Shown here one piece after another: positions 9,070 to 18,621 of a stretch of 32,000 nt of DNA. Origin of the DNA: Mycolicibacterium smegmatis. GTDB taxonomy: Bacteria; Actinomycetota; Actinomycetes; Mycobacteriales; Mycobacteriaceae. Made by a program: the position numbers and the translations under genes. The stretch lies in NCBI RefSeq assembly GCF_001457595.1, contig NZ_LN831039.1:5910001-5942000 (forward strand), in the 5' to 3' direction. The notes under the pieces were generated by a model. The model was not told where the DNA came from. It saw nothing but the letters and a program-made list of their open reading frames with translations, and made no database searches. Every line of letters begins with the position of its first letter. Within the stretch, counting starts at the first letter, position 1.

Positions 9070-10488
9070 TCACAAGATCGCGCCCGAGGTGTATTTCGCC
9101 GCTTCCGGATAACGGCTCACCAGTTCACCGACGGCTGCGACGACACCGTCCACCTGATCGCCTGCCGCGCCCGTGAAAGCCTGCTTGTCCTCCAGCGCGG
9201 CCTCAAGGGCCACCTTGTCCAGCGGCAGGCGCGGATCGCCCGCCAGGCGGTCGATGAGGTCGGGTTCCCTGCCCTGCTCGCGCATCGCGAGCGCCACCGC
9301 GACGGCGTGTTCCTTGATGACCTCGTGGGCGGCCTCGCGTCCGACACCCGCGCGCACCGCGGCCATGAGGATGCGGGTGGTGGCCAAAAACGGCAGGTAG
9401 CGGTCGAGTTCGCGCTGGATGACCGCCGGGTAGGCACCGAACTCGTCGAGCACCGTCAGGAACGTCTCGGTCTGCCCGTCGATCGCGAAGAACGCGTCGG
9501 GCAGTGCGACGCGGCGCACCACCGAGCAGAACACGTCGCCCTCGTTCCACTGCGCACCGGCGAGTTCGGCGGCCATCGACGCGTATCCGCGCAGGACCAC
9601 CTGCAACCCGTTGACGCGCTCACATGAGCGGGTGTTCATCTTGTGCGGCATGGCCGACGACCCCACCTGCCCGGGCGCGAAGCCCTCGGTGACCAGTTCG
9701 TGGCCCGCCATCAGGCGGATGGTGTGTGCCATCGACGACGGGCCTGCGCCGAACTGCACCAGCGCCGAGAGCACGTCGTGATCGAGCGAACGCGGGTAGA
9801 CCTGGCCGACACTGGTGAAAACCTCGGTGAACCCGAGGAATTCGGCGACGCGGCGCTCAAGGTCGGCGAGTTTGCCCACGTCGCCGCCGAACAGGTCGAG
9901 CATGTCCTGCGCGGTGCCCATGGGGCCCTTGACGCCGCGCAGTGGGTAGCGGTCGATCAGCTCGCGCAGCCGGGTCAACGCCACCAGGGTTTCCTCGGCG
10001 GCCGACGCGAATCGCTTGCCCAGCGTCGTGGCCTGGGCCGCGACGTTGTGGCTGCGGCCTGCCATCACGAGGTCGCGGTAGACGACGGCGCGCTCGGCCA
10101 GGCGGGCCACCACGGCGACGCCGTGGGAGAACACCAGCTCGAGCGACTGGCGGATCTGCAGTTGCTCGACGTTCTCGGTGAGGTCGCGGCTCGTCATGCC
10201 CTTGTGCACGTGCTCGTGCCCGGCCAGCGCGTTGAACTCCTCGATGCGCGCCTTGACGTCGTGGCGGGTGACGCGTTCACGCGCGGCGATCGACTCCAGG
10301 TCGACGTTCTCCAGCACCCGCTCATAGTCCTCGACGACGCCGTCTGGCACGGCCACCCCCAGTTCGGCCTGGGCACGCAGAACGGCCAGCCACAACCGCC
10401 GTTCCGCGATGATCTTGGCTTCCGGCGACCAGATGGCAACCATCTCGTCGCTTGCGTAGCGGTTGGCCAGAACATTCGGAATCGTCAC
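9070..10488 (-). CDS. purB: Adenylosuccinate lyase
   Basis: 472 aa from GTG 10488: [26 protein letters not shown]...[14 protein letters not shown]...signature [10 protein letters not shown]. Confidence 0.97.
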   Translation of the reverse strand: MTIPNVLANRYASDEMVAIWSPEAKIIAERRLWLAVLRAQAELGVAVPDGVVEDYERVLENVDLESIAARERVTRHDVKARIEEFNALAGHEHVHKGMTSRDLTENVEQLQIRQSLELVFSHGVAVVARLAERAVVYRDLVMAGRSHNVAAQATTLGKRFASAAEETLVALTRLRELIDRYPLRGVKGPMGTAQDMLDLFGGDVGKLADLERRVAEFLGFTEVFTSVGQVYPRSLDHDVLSALVQFGAGPSSMAHTIRLMAGHELVTEGFAPGQVGSSAMPHKMNTRSCERVNGLQVVLRGYASMAAELAGAQWNEGDVFCSVVRRVALPDAFFAIDGQTETFLTVLDEFGAYPAVIQRELDRYLPFLATTRILMAAVRAGVGREAAHEVIKEHAVAVALAMREQGREPDLIDRLAGDPRLPLDKVALEAALEDKQAFTGAAGDQVDGVVAAVGELVSRYPEAAKYTSGAIL

Positions 10489-10527
10489 GAACACACAGCT
10501 TAGGCGTTGATAAGGCAGGCTGGAGAC

Positions 10528-12231
10528 ATGCACCACCCCCCGTACTTCGTGGGCATCGACCTCGCCTGGGGAGAACGCAAGCCCACGGGCGTCGCGGTCG
10601 TCGACACCGACGGCAGGCTGGTCCACCTGTCGGCGGCCACGGACGACGACAGCATCATCGCCGCACTCGCGCCGTTCACCGGCGCCGAGTGTGTGGCCGG
10701 TATCGACGCCCCGCTGATCGTCACCAACCCGACCGGCAACCGCCCCGCCGAGGCCGCGTTGAACAGGGACTTCCGGCCGTTCGAGGCCGGTGCGCACCCG
10801 TCGAACACCGGTAAGCCCGAGTTCGCGGGCACCCCGCGCGGCGCGCGGCTGGCCGAGGCGCTCGACCTCGATCTTGACCCACGCTCGGAGCGGCCGCGCC
10901 GTGCGCTCGAGGTCTATCCGCACGCCGCGTCGGTCGCGCTGTTCCGGCTGGGCCGGACGCTGAAGTACAAGGCCAAGCCGGGCCGCAGCTTCGAACAGCT
11001 GCGCTCGGAGCTGTTGCGGCTGATGGAGCTGATCGCGGGCCTGCGCCACGCCGACGTCCCGCTCGACGTGTCGGCCAGCGAACAGTGGCGGCAGCTGTAC
11101 TCCGCGGTGGAGGGCGCCTCGACCAAGAGTGAGCTGCGCCGCGCCGAGGATCCCGTGGACGCGGTGTTGTGCGCGTACATCGCGCTGTACGCCGCCCGCA
11201 GGCCCGACGACATCACGATCTACGGCGACACCGAGACCGGGTACATCCTGACCCCGACGCTGCCGCAGGATCTGATGCCGCACTCGGCGCTGCCTCCCGC
11301 GGTCGCCGAGTACGCGGCCCGGCGCCCGGCGCTGGTCCATGCCACGGCGCGCTATCACGACCTCGTGACGGGTCTGCTCGACGACGCGGGCATCAACTAC
11401 CTGAGCATCACCTCGCGCACCAAGACCGTCGAGTCGTTCGCGGAGAAGGCCGTGCGCACCGCGGGCGGTGAGCCGCTGTACACCGACCCGCTCGTGGAGA
11501 TCACCGATCAGGTGGGGCTGCGGGTCATCACATATCTACGTGAGGACGTCGACGCGGTGGCCAATCTGCTGGCCGACGAGATGCGTCTGCTCGACGACCG
11601 GGACATGGGCGCCGAGACCGCGCGTGAGGGTCGCTGGGGTTACGCCAGCAGGCACCTGCTGGTCGGCATGGAGGGCGAACAGCAGCCCGCGTCGATCCAG
11701 GTGCGCACGGTGCTGCAGCACGCGTGGGCCGAGTTCGAGCACGACGTGCGCTACAAGGGTTCCATCCCGGCCGCGCACGTCACCGAACTGGATCGCCGGT
11801 TCACGCTGGCCGCGGGTCTGCTGGAGCTGGCCGACCGGGAGTTCTCCGAGATCCGGAACCGGTTGCGCACCACCATGACCGAGGAGGAGACCGAGTTCTC
11901 ACCGGACTCGCGTATCCCCAGTCCGGTGCTCGCGACGTACCTGGGCAACCGGTTCGACGATGCCGGCTGGTCGCGCACCGACCACTACGGCTGGATCTCG
12001 GGTCTGCTGCTCGAGCTCGGCATCACCTCGCTGGACGCGCTGACGGCCGTGCTGGACTCGGTCGACACCGACGAGATCAACCGGCTGATGGACTACCGCT
12101 ACCCGCCGGGTGCGGTGCGCCGCCTCGATGACGCGCTGCTTGCAGTCTTCGGCGACCGCTACCTCGACCTGCAGGGCAACGCGCATCGGGTTGCCTTGTT
12201 GCGCAACCGGTTCGAGAAGCTGCAGGCCTAG
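10528..12231 (+). CDS. relZ: Bifunctional DUF429 (RNase HII-like) / (p)ppGpp synthetase (RHII-RSD, RelZ)
   Basis: N-term YFVGIDLAWGERKPTGVAVVD...VAGIDAPLIV (DUF429, RNase H-fold acidic residues). C-term RelA/SpoT synthetase motifs SRTKTVESFAEK, ITDQVGLRVITY, WGYASRHLLV, IQVRTVLQHAWAEFEHDVRYKG. TTG at 10507 is an alternative start. Confidence 0.95.
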   Translation: MHHPPYFVGIDLAWGERKPTGVAVVDTDGRLVHLSAATDDDSIIAALAPFTGAECVAGIDAPLIVTNPTGNRPAEAALNRDFRPFEAGAHPSNTGKPEFAGTPRGARLAEALDLDLDPRSERPRRALEVYPHAASVALFRLGRTLKYKAKPGRSFEQLRSELLRLMELIAGLRHADVPLDVSASEQWRQLYSAVEGASTKSELRRAEDPVDAVLCAYIALYAARRPDDITIYGDTETGYILTPTLPQDLMPHSALPPAVAEYAARRPALVHATARYHDLVTGLLDDAGINYLSITSRTKTVESFAEKAVRTAGGEPLYTDPLVEITDQVGLRVITYLREDVDAVANLLADEMRLLDDRDMGAETAREGRWGYASRHLLVGMEGEQQPASIQVRTVLQHAWAEFEHDVRYKGSIPAAHVTELDRRFTLAAGLLELADREFSEIRNRLRTTMTEEETEFSPDSRIPSPVLATYLGNRFDDAGWSRTDHYGWISGLLLELGITSLDALTAVLDSVDTDEINRLMDYRYPPGAVRRLDDALLAVFGDRYLDLQGNAHRVALLRNRFEKLQA

Positions 12232-13652
12232 GGTGCGTCGGTCAGATGCGTCGGGTCGATCTGGGCCTTGCTGCTGATGCCGAGCCTGCGGTTGATGATC
12301 GTCGTGATCCCGAACAGCACGATTCCGATCGCGATCAGGATGCCCGCCAGGATGTACTGCTGCGCCGGGCGTCCTGAGAACGGCAGCACCAGGTAGGTCG
12401 ACGCGATGAACCCGATGACGGGCAGCACCGTCGGGGTCTTGAAGTGCGTGCCCTTCTCCCGCAGGTCACGACGCAGCACCAGCACCGCGATGTTGACCAC
12501 CGCGAACACCGCGAGCAGCAGCAGCGACGTCGTGCCGCCCAGCACCGCGATGGCGCTGCTGTTGGCGAACGCCGACACGTAGAAGATCAGGCCGAACGCG
12601 ATCAGCGTCGTGAACAGGATCGCCACCCATGGGGTGAGCCGGCGCGGATGCACGCTCCCCAGCACGGGCGGAAGCACGCGCTGCCGCGCCATGCCGTAGA
12701 TCAGGCGGCTCGCCATGAGCATGTTGATGAGCGCGGTGTTCGACACCGCGAACATCGAGATGAACGGCAGGATGGTCTCGATCGGCAGTCCGGGTGCGCC
12801 GGCCTTGACCACCTCGACGAGCGGGGTCTCGCTGCCGGCCAGGACTCCGACGGGCACCAGTGCCACCGCGACGATCGACACCACGACGTACACCAGGCCC
12901 GCGATGCCCAGACCCGTCAGCAGCATCTTGGGGAAGATCCGCACGGGATCCTTGGTCTCCTCGGCCATGTTGACCGAGTCCTCGAACCCGACCATCGCGA
13001 AGAACGCGAGCGACGTCGCGGTGGAGACCGCGAGGAAAACGCCCTTGTCGGACGGGGTGTCGAACGCGACGACGCGCGAGAAGTCGATGTCCGCGCTGCC
13101 GCCGGTGAACGCCCACAACCCGACCAGGATCACCAGCGCCAGGCCGGTGATCTCGATGAACGTGAGGAAGACGTTGAGCTTGACGCTCTCGCTGACGCCG
13201 CGGAAGTTGACCGCGGCGATCAACGCCATGAACAGCAGTGCCAGCACCACCACTCCGGCCTTACCCCAGTCGAGGTGCAGGCCCGTGAAGAAGTTGGCCG
13301 CGAAGAACCGCGAAGCCGTTGAGGCCGACGTGATTCCGGAACACATCACGATGAACGCCACCAGGAACGTGACGAAGTGGATGCCGAAAGCCTTGTGCGC
13401 GTAGAGCGCAGCGCCCGCGGCCTGCGGGTACTTGGTCACCAGCTCCAGATAGCTGAACGCGGTCACCGTCGCGACGAGAAACGCCACCAGGAAGGGGAGC
13501 CAGGCCGCACCGCCGACCTCTTTGGCGACCTGACCGGTGAGGGCGTAGACGCCGGTGCCGAGGATGTCTCCGACGACGAACAACAACAAGAGGCCGGGGC
13601 CCATGACCCGCCGCAATTGCGGCTGCTCTTCGACCATTTCGGGATTCGTCAT
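12228..13652 (-). CDS. APC superfamily amino acid permease
   Basis: 474 aa, about 12 hydrophobic helices: MGPGLLLLFVVGDILGTGVYALTGQVAKEVGGAAWLPFLVAFLVA...TAFSYLELVTKYPQAAGAALYAHKAF. Confidence 0.93.
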   Translation of the reverse strand: MTNPEMVEEQPQLRRVMGPGLLLLFVVGDILGTGVYALTGQVAKEVGGAAWLPFLVAFLVATVTAFSYLELVTKYPQAAGAALYAHKAFGIHFVTFLVAFIVMCSGITSASTASRFFAANFFTGLHLDWGKAGVVVLALLFMALIAAVNFRGVSESVKLNVFLTFIEITGLALVILVGLWAFTGGSADIDFSRVVAFDTPSDKGVFLAVSTATSLAFFAMVGFEDSVNMAEETKDPVRIFPKMLLTGLGIAGLVYVVVSIVAVALVPVGVLAGSETPLVEVVKAGAPGLPIETILPFISMFAVSNTALINMLMASRLIYGMARQRVLPPVLGSVHPRRLTPWVAILFTTLIAFGLIFYVSAFANSSAIAVLGGTTSLLLLAVFAVVNIAVLVLRRDLREKGTHFKTPTVLPVIGFIASTYLVLPFSGRPAQQYILAGILIAIGIVLFGITTIINRRLGISSKAQIDPTHLTDAP

Positions 13653-13671
13653 TCCCCCTCCTCCACTCCCG

Positions 13672-14301
13672 TCAGACCCGCACCGCCCTGTCGTCGACGG
13701 GGGCGAGCACGTCGATCACGTCGATCAGCGTCGCGCGGGCGCTGGCCCTCGGCCCGTCCCCCTCGTCCACCAGTGATGCCACCACGGCCCCGTCGACGGC
13801 GCACACCAGGGCGGTGACGAGTTCGGCCCGCACCGAGCGACCCGATCTCTCCACCGCCTCGACGACTGCGTCGGTGCGCTGTTGCAGTATGCGCCGTTGG
13901 ATGTCGCGCAGGCCTGGTTGACGCGCGCATGCGATGTAGCGTTCGTAACGGGAGATGAGTTCCTCGGTCACGCGTGCGCCCGGTTCGTCCCCGACCAACA
14001 GGTCGACGAGGATCTCGGCGGTCGACTCGGCGCCGCGCCGCCGCCGGGACAGCGAGGCGACGCTTTCGCGGAGCTGGTTCGCCTCACGCATGCCGATGTA
14101 CTCGACGGCCTTGGCGATGAGGTCGTCGAGGGATGAGAAATAGTACGTCGTCGACGCGAGCGGCAAACCCGCCCGCCGCGCCACCGCGCGGTGGCGCACA
14201 GCGTCGAAGCCGCCCTCGCACAGCAATTCTGCGGCCGCCCTGATGAGGGCGTACCGCCGACGCTCGCCTTTGGGAGTGACCGCTGCCGTCACGTTTAGCA
14301 T
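13672..14301 (-). CDS. TetR family transcriptional regulator (Rv0775-like)
   Basis: KGERRRYALIRAAAELLCEGGFDAVRHRAVARRAGLPLASTTYYFSSLDDLIAKAVEYI. Confidence 0.92.
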   Translation of the reverse strand: MLNVTAAVTPKGERRRYALIRAAAELLCEGGFDAVRHRAVARRAGLPLASTTYYFSSLDDLIAKAVEYIGMREANQLRESVASLSRRRRGAESTAEILVDLLVGDEPGARVTEELISRYERYIACARQPGLRDIQRRILQQRTDAVVEAVERSGRSVRAELVTALVCAVDGAVVASLVDEGDGPRASARATLIDVIDVLAPVDDRAVRV

Positions 14302-14417
14302 GCTGCCAGTAAGCCCCGACTCACATCGGGCTTTTGACCAATCATCAGTCTTTACTCAGGTTTGCGCGTCGCACGGCGCCGTCGGTTGCCCGTCGCGACG
14401 ATGGCAAGATGGCCGGC

Positions 14418-15302
14418 ATGCCAACGTTGAGCCGTCGCGCCGTACTGCGTCTCGGCGTCGGTGCGGCCGCGGGCGCGGCAGGCGCCGTCGCGTTCGGAGT
14501 CGCCGCGACCGCGACGCCGGGTCAGCCCGCTCCGCAAACACCACCGGCACCGCAGGCACCACCTGTCCCCTTGGAACCTCCTGCCACGGCAGCACCCACC
14601 TACGTGACGGGTTCGTTCGTGTCCGCGGCGCGCGGCGGCGTCGCCACCAACTGGGCCATCGCGCGGCCACCAGGACAGACCGCGCCGCTGCGACCGGTCA
14701 TCGCACTGCACGGCAAGGGACAGGACGCCGCGGGCGTGATGGCGGGCGGCGTCGAGCAGGGTCTCGCCGAAGCCGTCGCCGCGGGCCTGCCCCCGTTCGC
14801 TGTCGTCGCCGTCGACGGTGGCGGGAGCTATTGGCACAAGCGCGCATCCGGCGAGGATTCCGGCGCCATGGTGCTCGACGAGTTGATCCCGATGCTCGGC
14901 GAGCAAGGTCTCGACACGTCGCGGGTGGGCTTCCTCGGCTGGTCGATGGGCGGGTACGGCGCGTTGCTGCTCGGCTCACGCCTGGGCCCGGCGCGCACCG
15001 CGGCGATCTGCGCGGTGAGCCCGGCGCTGTGGACCTCGCCGGGCGCGGCGGCGCCAGGGGCGTTCGACAACGCCGAGGACTACAACGCGAACAGCGTGTG
15101 GGGGCAACCCGCGCTGGCGTCGATCCCGCTCCGGATCGATTGCGGCACCAGCGATCCCTTCTACGCGGCGACCCGGCAGTTCATCGCGCAACTGCCGAAC
15201 GCGCCCGCGGGCGGGTTCTCACCCGGCGGCCACAACGGCGAGTTCTGGAGCGCACAGTTACCCGGCGAGCTGACCTGGATGGCCCCGCTGCTGGTTGCCT
15301 AG
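14418..15302 (+). CDS. Probable exported (Tat signal) alpha/beta-hydrolase esterase (Rv0774c-like)
   Basis: MPTLSRRAVLRLGVGAAAGAAGAVAFGVAATATPG (SRRxxL Tat-like signal), nucleophile elbow GWSMGGYGALLLG, C-terminal GGHNGEFW. Upstream ATG 14409 possible. Confidence 0.85.
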   Translation: MPTLSRRAVLRLGVGAAAGAAGAVAFGVAATATPGQPAPQTPPAPQAPPVPLEPPATAAPTYVTGSFVSAARGGVATNWAIARPPGQTAPLRPVIALHGKGQDAAGVMAGGVEQGLAEAVAAGLPPFAVVAVDGGGSYWHKRASGEDSGAMVLDELIPMLGEQGLDTSRVGFLGWSMGGYGALLLGSRLGPARTAAICAVSPALWTSPGAAAPGAFDNAEDYNANSVWGQPALASIPLRIDCGTSDPFYAATRQFIAQLPNAPAGGFSPGGHNGEFWSAQLPGELTWMAPLLVA

Positions 15303-15307
15303 CGACG

Positions 15308-16576
15308 TCAGACGGAGATCCGGCCCTCGGCGGCTGCCAGGCCGATGTCGGAGCGGAAGTGGCTGCCCGGCAATCGGATCGACTTGGCCAACCCGTAGGC
15401 GGCCTCGCGTGCGGCGGACAGGTCGGCGCCCGTGCCGACGACCGAGAGCACGCGCCCGCCCGATGAGACCACCGCGCCGTCGTCGCGGCGCGCGGTGCCC
15501 GCGTGCAGCACACCGTCGGCGTCGGCACCGTGGATCGGGTCACCCACACGGGGACGTCCCGGGTAGTTCTCGGCGGCGACGACGATCGTGACGGCATATC
15601 CGTCGTGCCACTGCAGTTCGCCGAACGACGCGAGTTCACCGGTCGCGGCCGCGCGCAGCAACTGCCCCAGCGGGGATTCGAGCAGCGCGAGCACGGCCTG
15701 CGTCTCGGGATCGCCGAAACGGCAGTTGAATTCGACGACCGCGGGCCCGTTGGACGTGATCGCGAGGCCGGCATAGAGCAGGCCCGAGAACGAGCTGCCA
15801 CGCCTGACGAGTTCTGCCGCAACGGGTTTGACGATATCGTCGACGATCTGCGTGGTCACCGAATCGGGCAGCCAGGGCAGCGGCGCGTAGGCGCCCATGC
15901 CGCCCGTGTTGGGTCCGGAGTCGTTGTCGCCGACGCGCTTGAAATCCTGTGCGGGCAGCAGCGGCACCACCGTCTCGCCGTCGACCACACAGAACAGCGA
16001 GACCTCGGGACCGTCGAGGAACGACTCGAGGAGCACGGGATGTCCCGAGTCGAGCAGGCTCGCCGCGTGCGCGCGGGCCGCGTCGCGGTCGGCGGTGACC
16101 ACCACACCCTTGCCCGCGGCCAGCCCGTCGTCCTTGACCACCCAGGCGGCCTGCCCGGCGGGCGGACCGAACCGGTCCAGCGCGGCGTCCAGATGACCCG
16201 GGTTGTCGACGACCTCGGAGGTCGCGGTGCGCACCCCGGCGGCGGACATGACGTCCTTGGCGAATGCCTTGGAACCCTCGATGCGTGCGGCGTCCTTGGT
16301 GGGGCCGAAGCAGGCGATGCCGGCTTCGCGGACGGCGTCGGCGACACCGAGGACCAGGGGCACCTCGGGGCCGATCACGACCAGGTCGGCGCCGATGCGT
16401 TGCGCGAGCTTGACCACGGCCTCACCGGAGGTGACGTCGACGTCGTACTGGTCGGCGATCGACGAGGTCCCCGCGTTGCCGGGAGCCACGGCCAGCCCCT
16501 CGACTTCGGGGTCTCTTCGCAGAGCCAGGAGCAGGGCATGTTCACGGGCACCGGATCCGATTACGAGGACGCGCAC
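15308..16576 (-). CDS. purD: Phosphoribosylamine-glycine ligase
   Basis: [22 protein letters not shown]...VAPGNAGT...[11 protein letters not shown]...[10 protein letters not shown]-type [10 protein letters not shown] motif; GTG start at 16576. Confidence 0.97.
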   Translation of the reverse strand: MRVLVIGSGAREHALLLALRRDPEVEGLAVAPGNAGTSSIADQYDVDVTSGEAVVKLAQRIGADLVVIGPEVPLVLGVADAVREAGIACFGPTKDAARIEGSKAFAKDVMSAAGVRTATSEVVDNPGHLDAALDRFGPPAGQAAWVVKDDGLAAGKGVVVTADRDAARAHAASLLDSGHPVLLESFLDGPEVSLFCVVDGETVVPLLPAQDFKRVGDNDSGPNTGGMGAYAPLPWLPDSVTTQIVDDIVKPVAAELVRRGSSFSGLLYAGLAITSNGPAVVEFNCRFGDPETQAVLALLESPLGQLLRAAATGELASFGELQWHDGYAVTIVVAAENYPGRPRVGDPIHGADADGVLHAGTARRDDGAVVSSGGRVLSVVGTGADLSAAREAAYGLAKSIRLPGSHFRSDIGLAAAEGRISV

Positions 16577-16674
16577 GATCCTCAAGACTAGCCCCAAGAT
16601 CCGGGCATACACTTCGCGCTTTGATGTATGGTCTGAAGAAGCGTGTTCGACGTCACACGAGGGGATGATCCGGC

Positions 16675-17910
16675 TTGACGACCATGAACACCTGCCAGTT
16701 CGGCAACGGGTACGACTTCACCGATCCGGACGTCCTGTTCCGCGGTATCCCGGTCGAGGAATTCGCCGTGCTGCGCAAGACCGCGCCGGTGTGGTGGAAC
16801 CAGCAGGGCGAGTCGATATTCGACGACGGCGGCTACTGGGTGATCAGCCGCCACGAGGACATCAAGACCATCTCGCGTGACGGCGGAGAAGTGTGGTCCA
16901 CCAACGCGAAAGGCGCGGTCATGCGCCTGCCCGACGGCGTGACCGCCGAGCAGCTCGACCTCACGAAGGCGTTGCTCATCAACCACGACGCACCAGAGCA
17001 CACGCGGCTGCGCAAGCTCGTGTCGCGGTTGTTCACGCCACGCTCGGTGGCCGCGCTGGAGGAGAAACTCGCGGTCGCCGCACACGACATCGTCGCCGAG
17101 GCCAAGGCCGAGGGCAGTGGCAATTTCGTCGAGGACATCGCGATGAAGCTCCCGCTGCTGGCGATCGCCGACCTGATCGGCGTGCCCGAGGCGGACCGCG
17201 AGAAGATCTTCGCCTGGTCCAACGCGATCATCAACACCGACGACCCGGATTTCGACTCCGACCCCACCGTGGCCAACGCCGAATTGATGGGCTACGCGTA
17301 CACCATGGCCGAGGAGCGCAGACGGTGCCCGGCCGACGACATCGTGACGCGCCTGGTGCAGGCCGACGTCAGCGGTGAGTCGCTCGGGGAAGTGGAGTTC
17401 GCGTTCTTCGTGATCCTGTTGGCCGTCGCGGGTAACGAGACCACGCGCAACGCCATCACACACGGCATGAACGCGTTCTTCGAAAACCCGGACCAGTGGG
17501 AGCTTTTCAAGCGTGAGCGCCCGATCACGGCGGTCGACGAGATCGTCCGGTGGGCCACGCCCGTGCACTGTTTCCAGCGCACGGCCGTCGTCGACACCGA
17601 GATCGGCGGCGTACCGATCAAGGCGGGTCAGCGCGCCGGGCTGTTCTACAGTTCGGCCAACTACGACGAGGACGTGTTCGACGACCCGTTCCGCTTCGAC
17701 ATCCTGCGCGACCCCAACCCGCATCTGGGCTTCGGCGGCAACGGCGCGCACTACTGCATCGGCGCCAACCTGGCCCGCATGGAGATCCGGCTGATGTTCG
17801 ACGAGATCGCCGACCAGATCCCCGACATCACCAAAGTGGGCGAACCGCAACGGCTCCGGTCGGGGTGGATCAACGGCGTCAAGGACCTGCAGGTCTCCTA
17901 CCGCGGGTGA
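16675..17910 (+). CDS. Cytochrome P450, CYP125/CYP142-like group
   Basis: [11 protein letters not shown]-helix, heme motif [25 protein letters not shown] as in CYP125/142-type enzymes. TTG 16675 or ATG 16684 start. Confidence 0.92.
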   Translation: MTTMNTCQFGNGYDFTDPDVLFRGIPVEEFAVLRKTAPVWWNQQGESIFDDGGYWVISRHEDIKTISRDGGEVWSTNAKGAVMRLPDGVTAEQLDLTKALLINHDAPEHTRLRKLVSRLFTPRSVAALEEKLAVAAHDIVAEAKAEGSGNFVEDIAMKLPLLAIADLIGVPEADREKIFAWSNAIINTDDPDFDSDPTVANAELMGYAYTMAEERRRCPADDIVTRLVQADVSGESLGEVEFAFFVILLAVAGNETTRNAITHGMNAFFENPDQWELFKRERPITAVDEIVRWATPVHCFQRTAVVDTEIGGVPIKAGQRAGLFYSSANYDEDVFDDPFRFDILRDPNPHLGFGGNGAHYCIGANLARMEIRLMFDEIADQIPDITKVGEPQRLRSGWINGVKDLQVSYRG

Positions 17911-17937
17911 CCAGCGGGGCTGATCTACTATTCGCGC

Positions 17938-18561
17938 ATGCGAACGCACGGGTGGTCCGGGTCGGCGCCCGCCACCGACGAGGAGGCGATCGCCCGCATC
18001 CTGGCCGCGGCGGGCAAGGCCATCGACGAGCGCGGGGCCGACTTCAGCATCGCCGACGTGGCCCGCACGCTCGGTGTCACCCGCCAGACCGTGTACCGCT
18101 ATTTCCCCAGCACCGACGCGCTGCTGGTGGCCGCGGCCGTGCACGCCGCGAGCGGTTTCCTCGACCGGCTCGCCGCTCATCTGGGCGGCATCACCGATCC
18201 CGTGGAGGCCGTCACCGAGGCGATCGCCACGGCGCTGGAATGGGTGCCGCAGGACAAACACCTCGGCCTGCTCATCTCCCCCGGCCGCGCCGACGCCCAC
18301 ACCGAATCCGTCACCTCCGACGTCGCGGTCGACTTCGCGCGCGCCATGTTGCGCAAGTTCGACGTCGACTGGGCGGGCCTGGGGTTCGGCGACGACGATC
18401 TCGACGAACTGGCCGAGCACCTGCTGCGGATCATCCAGTCGTTCATCATCGATCCGGGCCGCCCGCCGCGCACGGGTGCGACGCTACGGAGTTATCTGCG
18501 CCGCTGGGTCGGTGCCGCGGTGAAGCCGGCCCAGGCGTCAGTACAGTCGCCGCGAGTGTGA
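17938..18561 (+). CDS. TetR family transcriptional regulator
   Basis: EEAIARILAAAGKAIDERGADFSIADVARTLGVTRQTVYRYFPSTDALLVAAAVHAASGF. Confidence 0.92.
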   Translation: MRTHGWSGSAPATDEEAIARILAAAGKAIDERGADFSIADVARTLGVTRQTVYRYFPSTDALLVAAAVHAASGFLDRLAAHLGGITDPVEAVTEAIATALEWVPQDKHLGLLISPGRADAHTESVTSDVAVDFARAMLRKFDVDWAGLGFGDDDLDELAEHLLRIIQSFIIDPGRPPRTGATLRSYLRRWVGAAVKPAQASVQSPRV

Positions 18562-18610
18562 ATCCTCAGCGAGAAAATCGTCGATTTCTCGCAGAGGCTT
18601 CACACTCGCG
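18551..18610. terminator. 60-nt near-perfect palindrome, probable bidirectional terminator between convergent genes
   Basis: CGCGAGTGTGAA-T-CCTC-A-GCGAGAAA / TTTCTCGC-A-GAGG-C-TTCACACTCGCG: 24 base pairs with single-nt symmetric mismatches and an 8-nt loop. Confidence 0.7.
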
Positions 18611-18621
18611 AACCGGTGCCC

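Noticed and set aside
12444-13322. 292-aa + strand ORF opposite the permease
   Set aside because: His/Arg/Glu-rich composition is an antisense artefact; the minus strand has clear transmembrane permease sequence.
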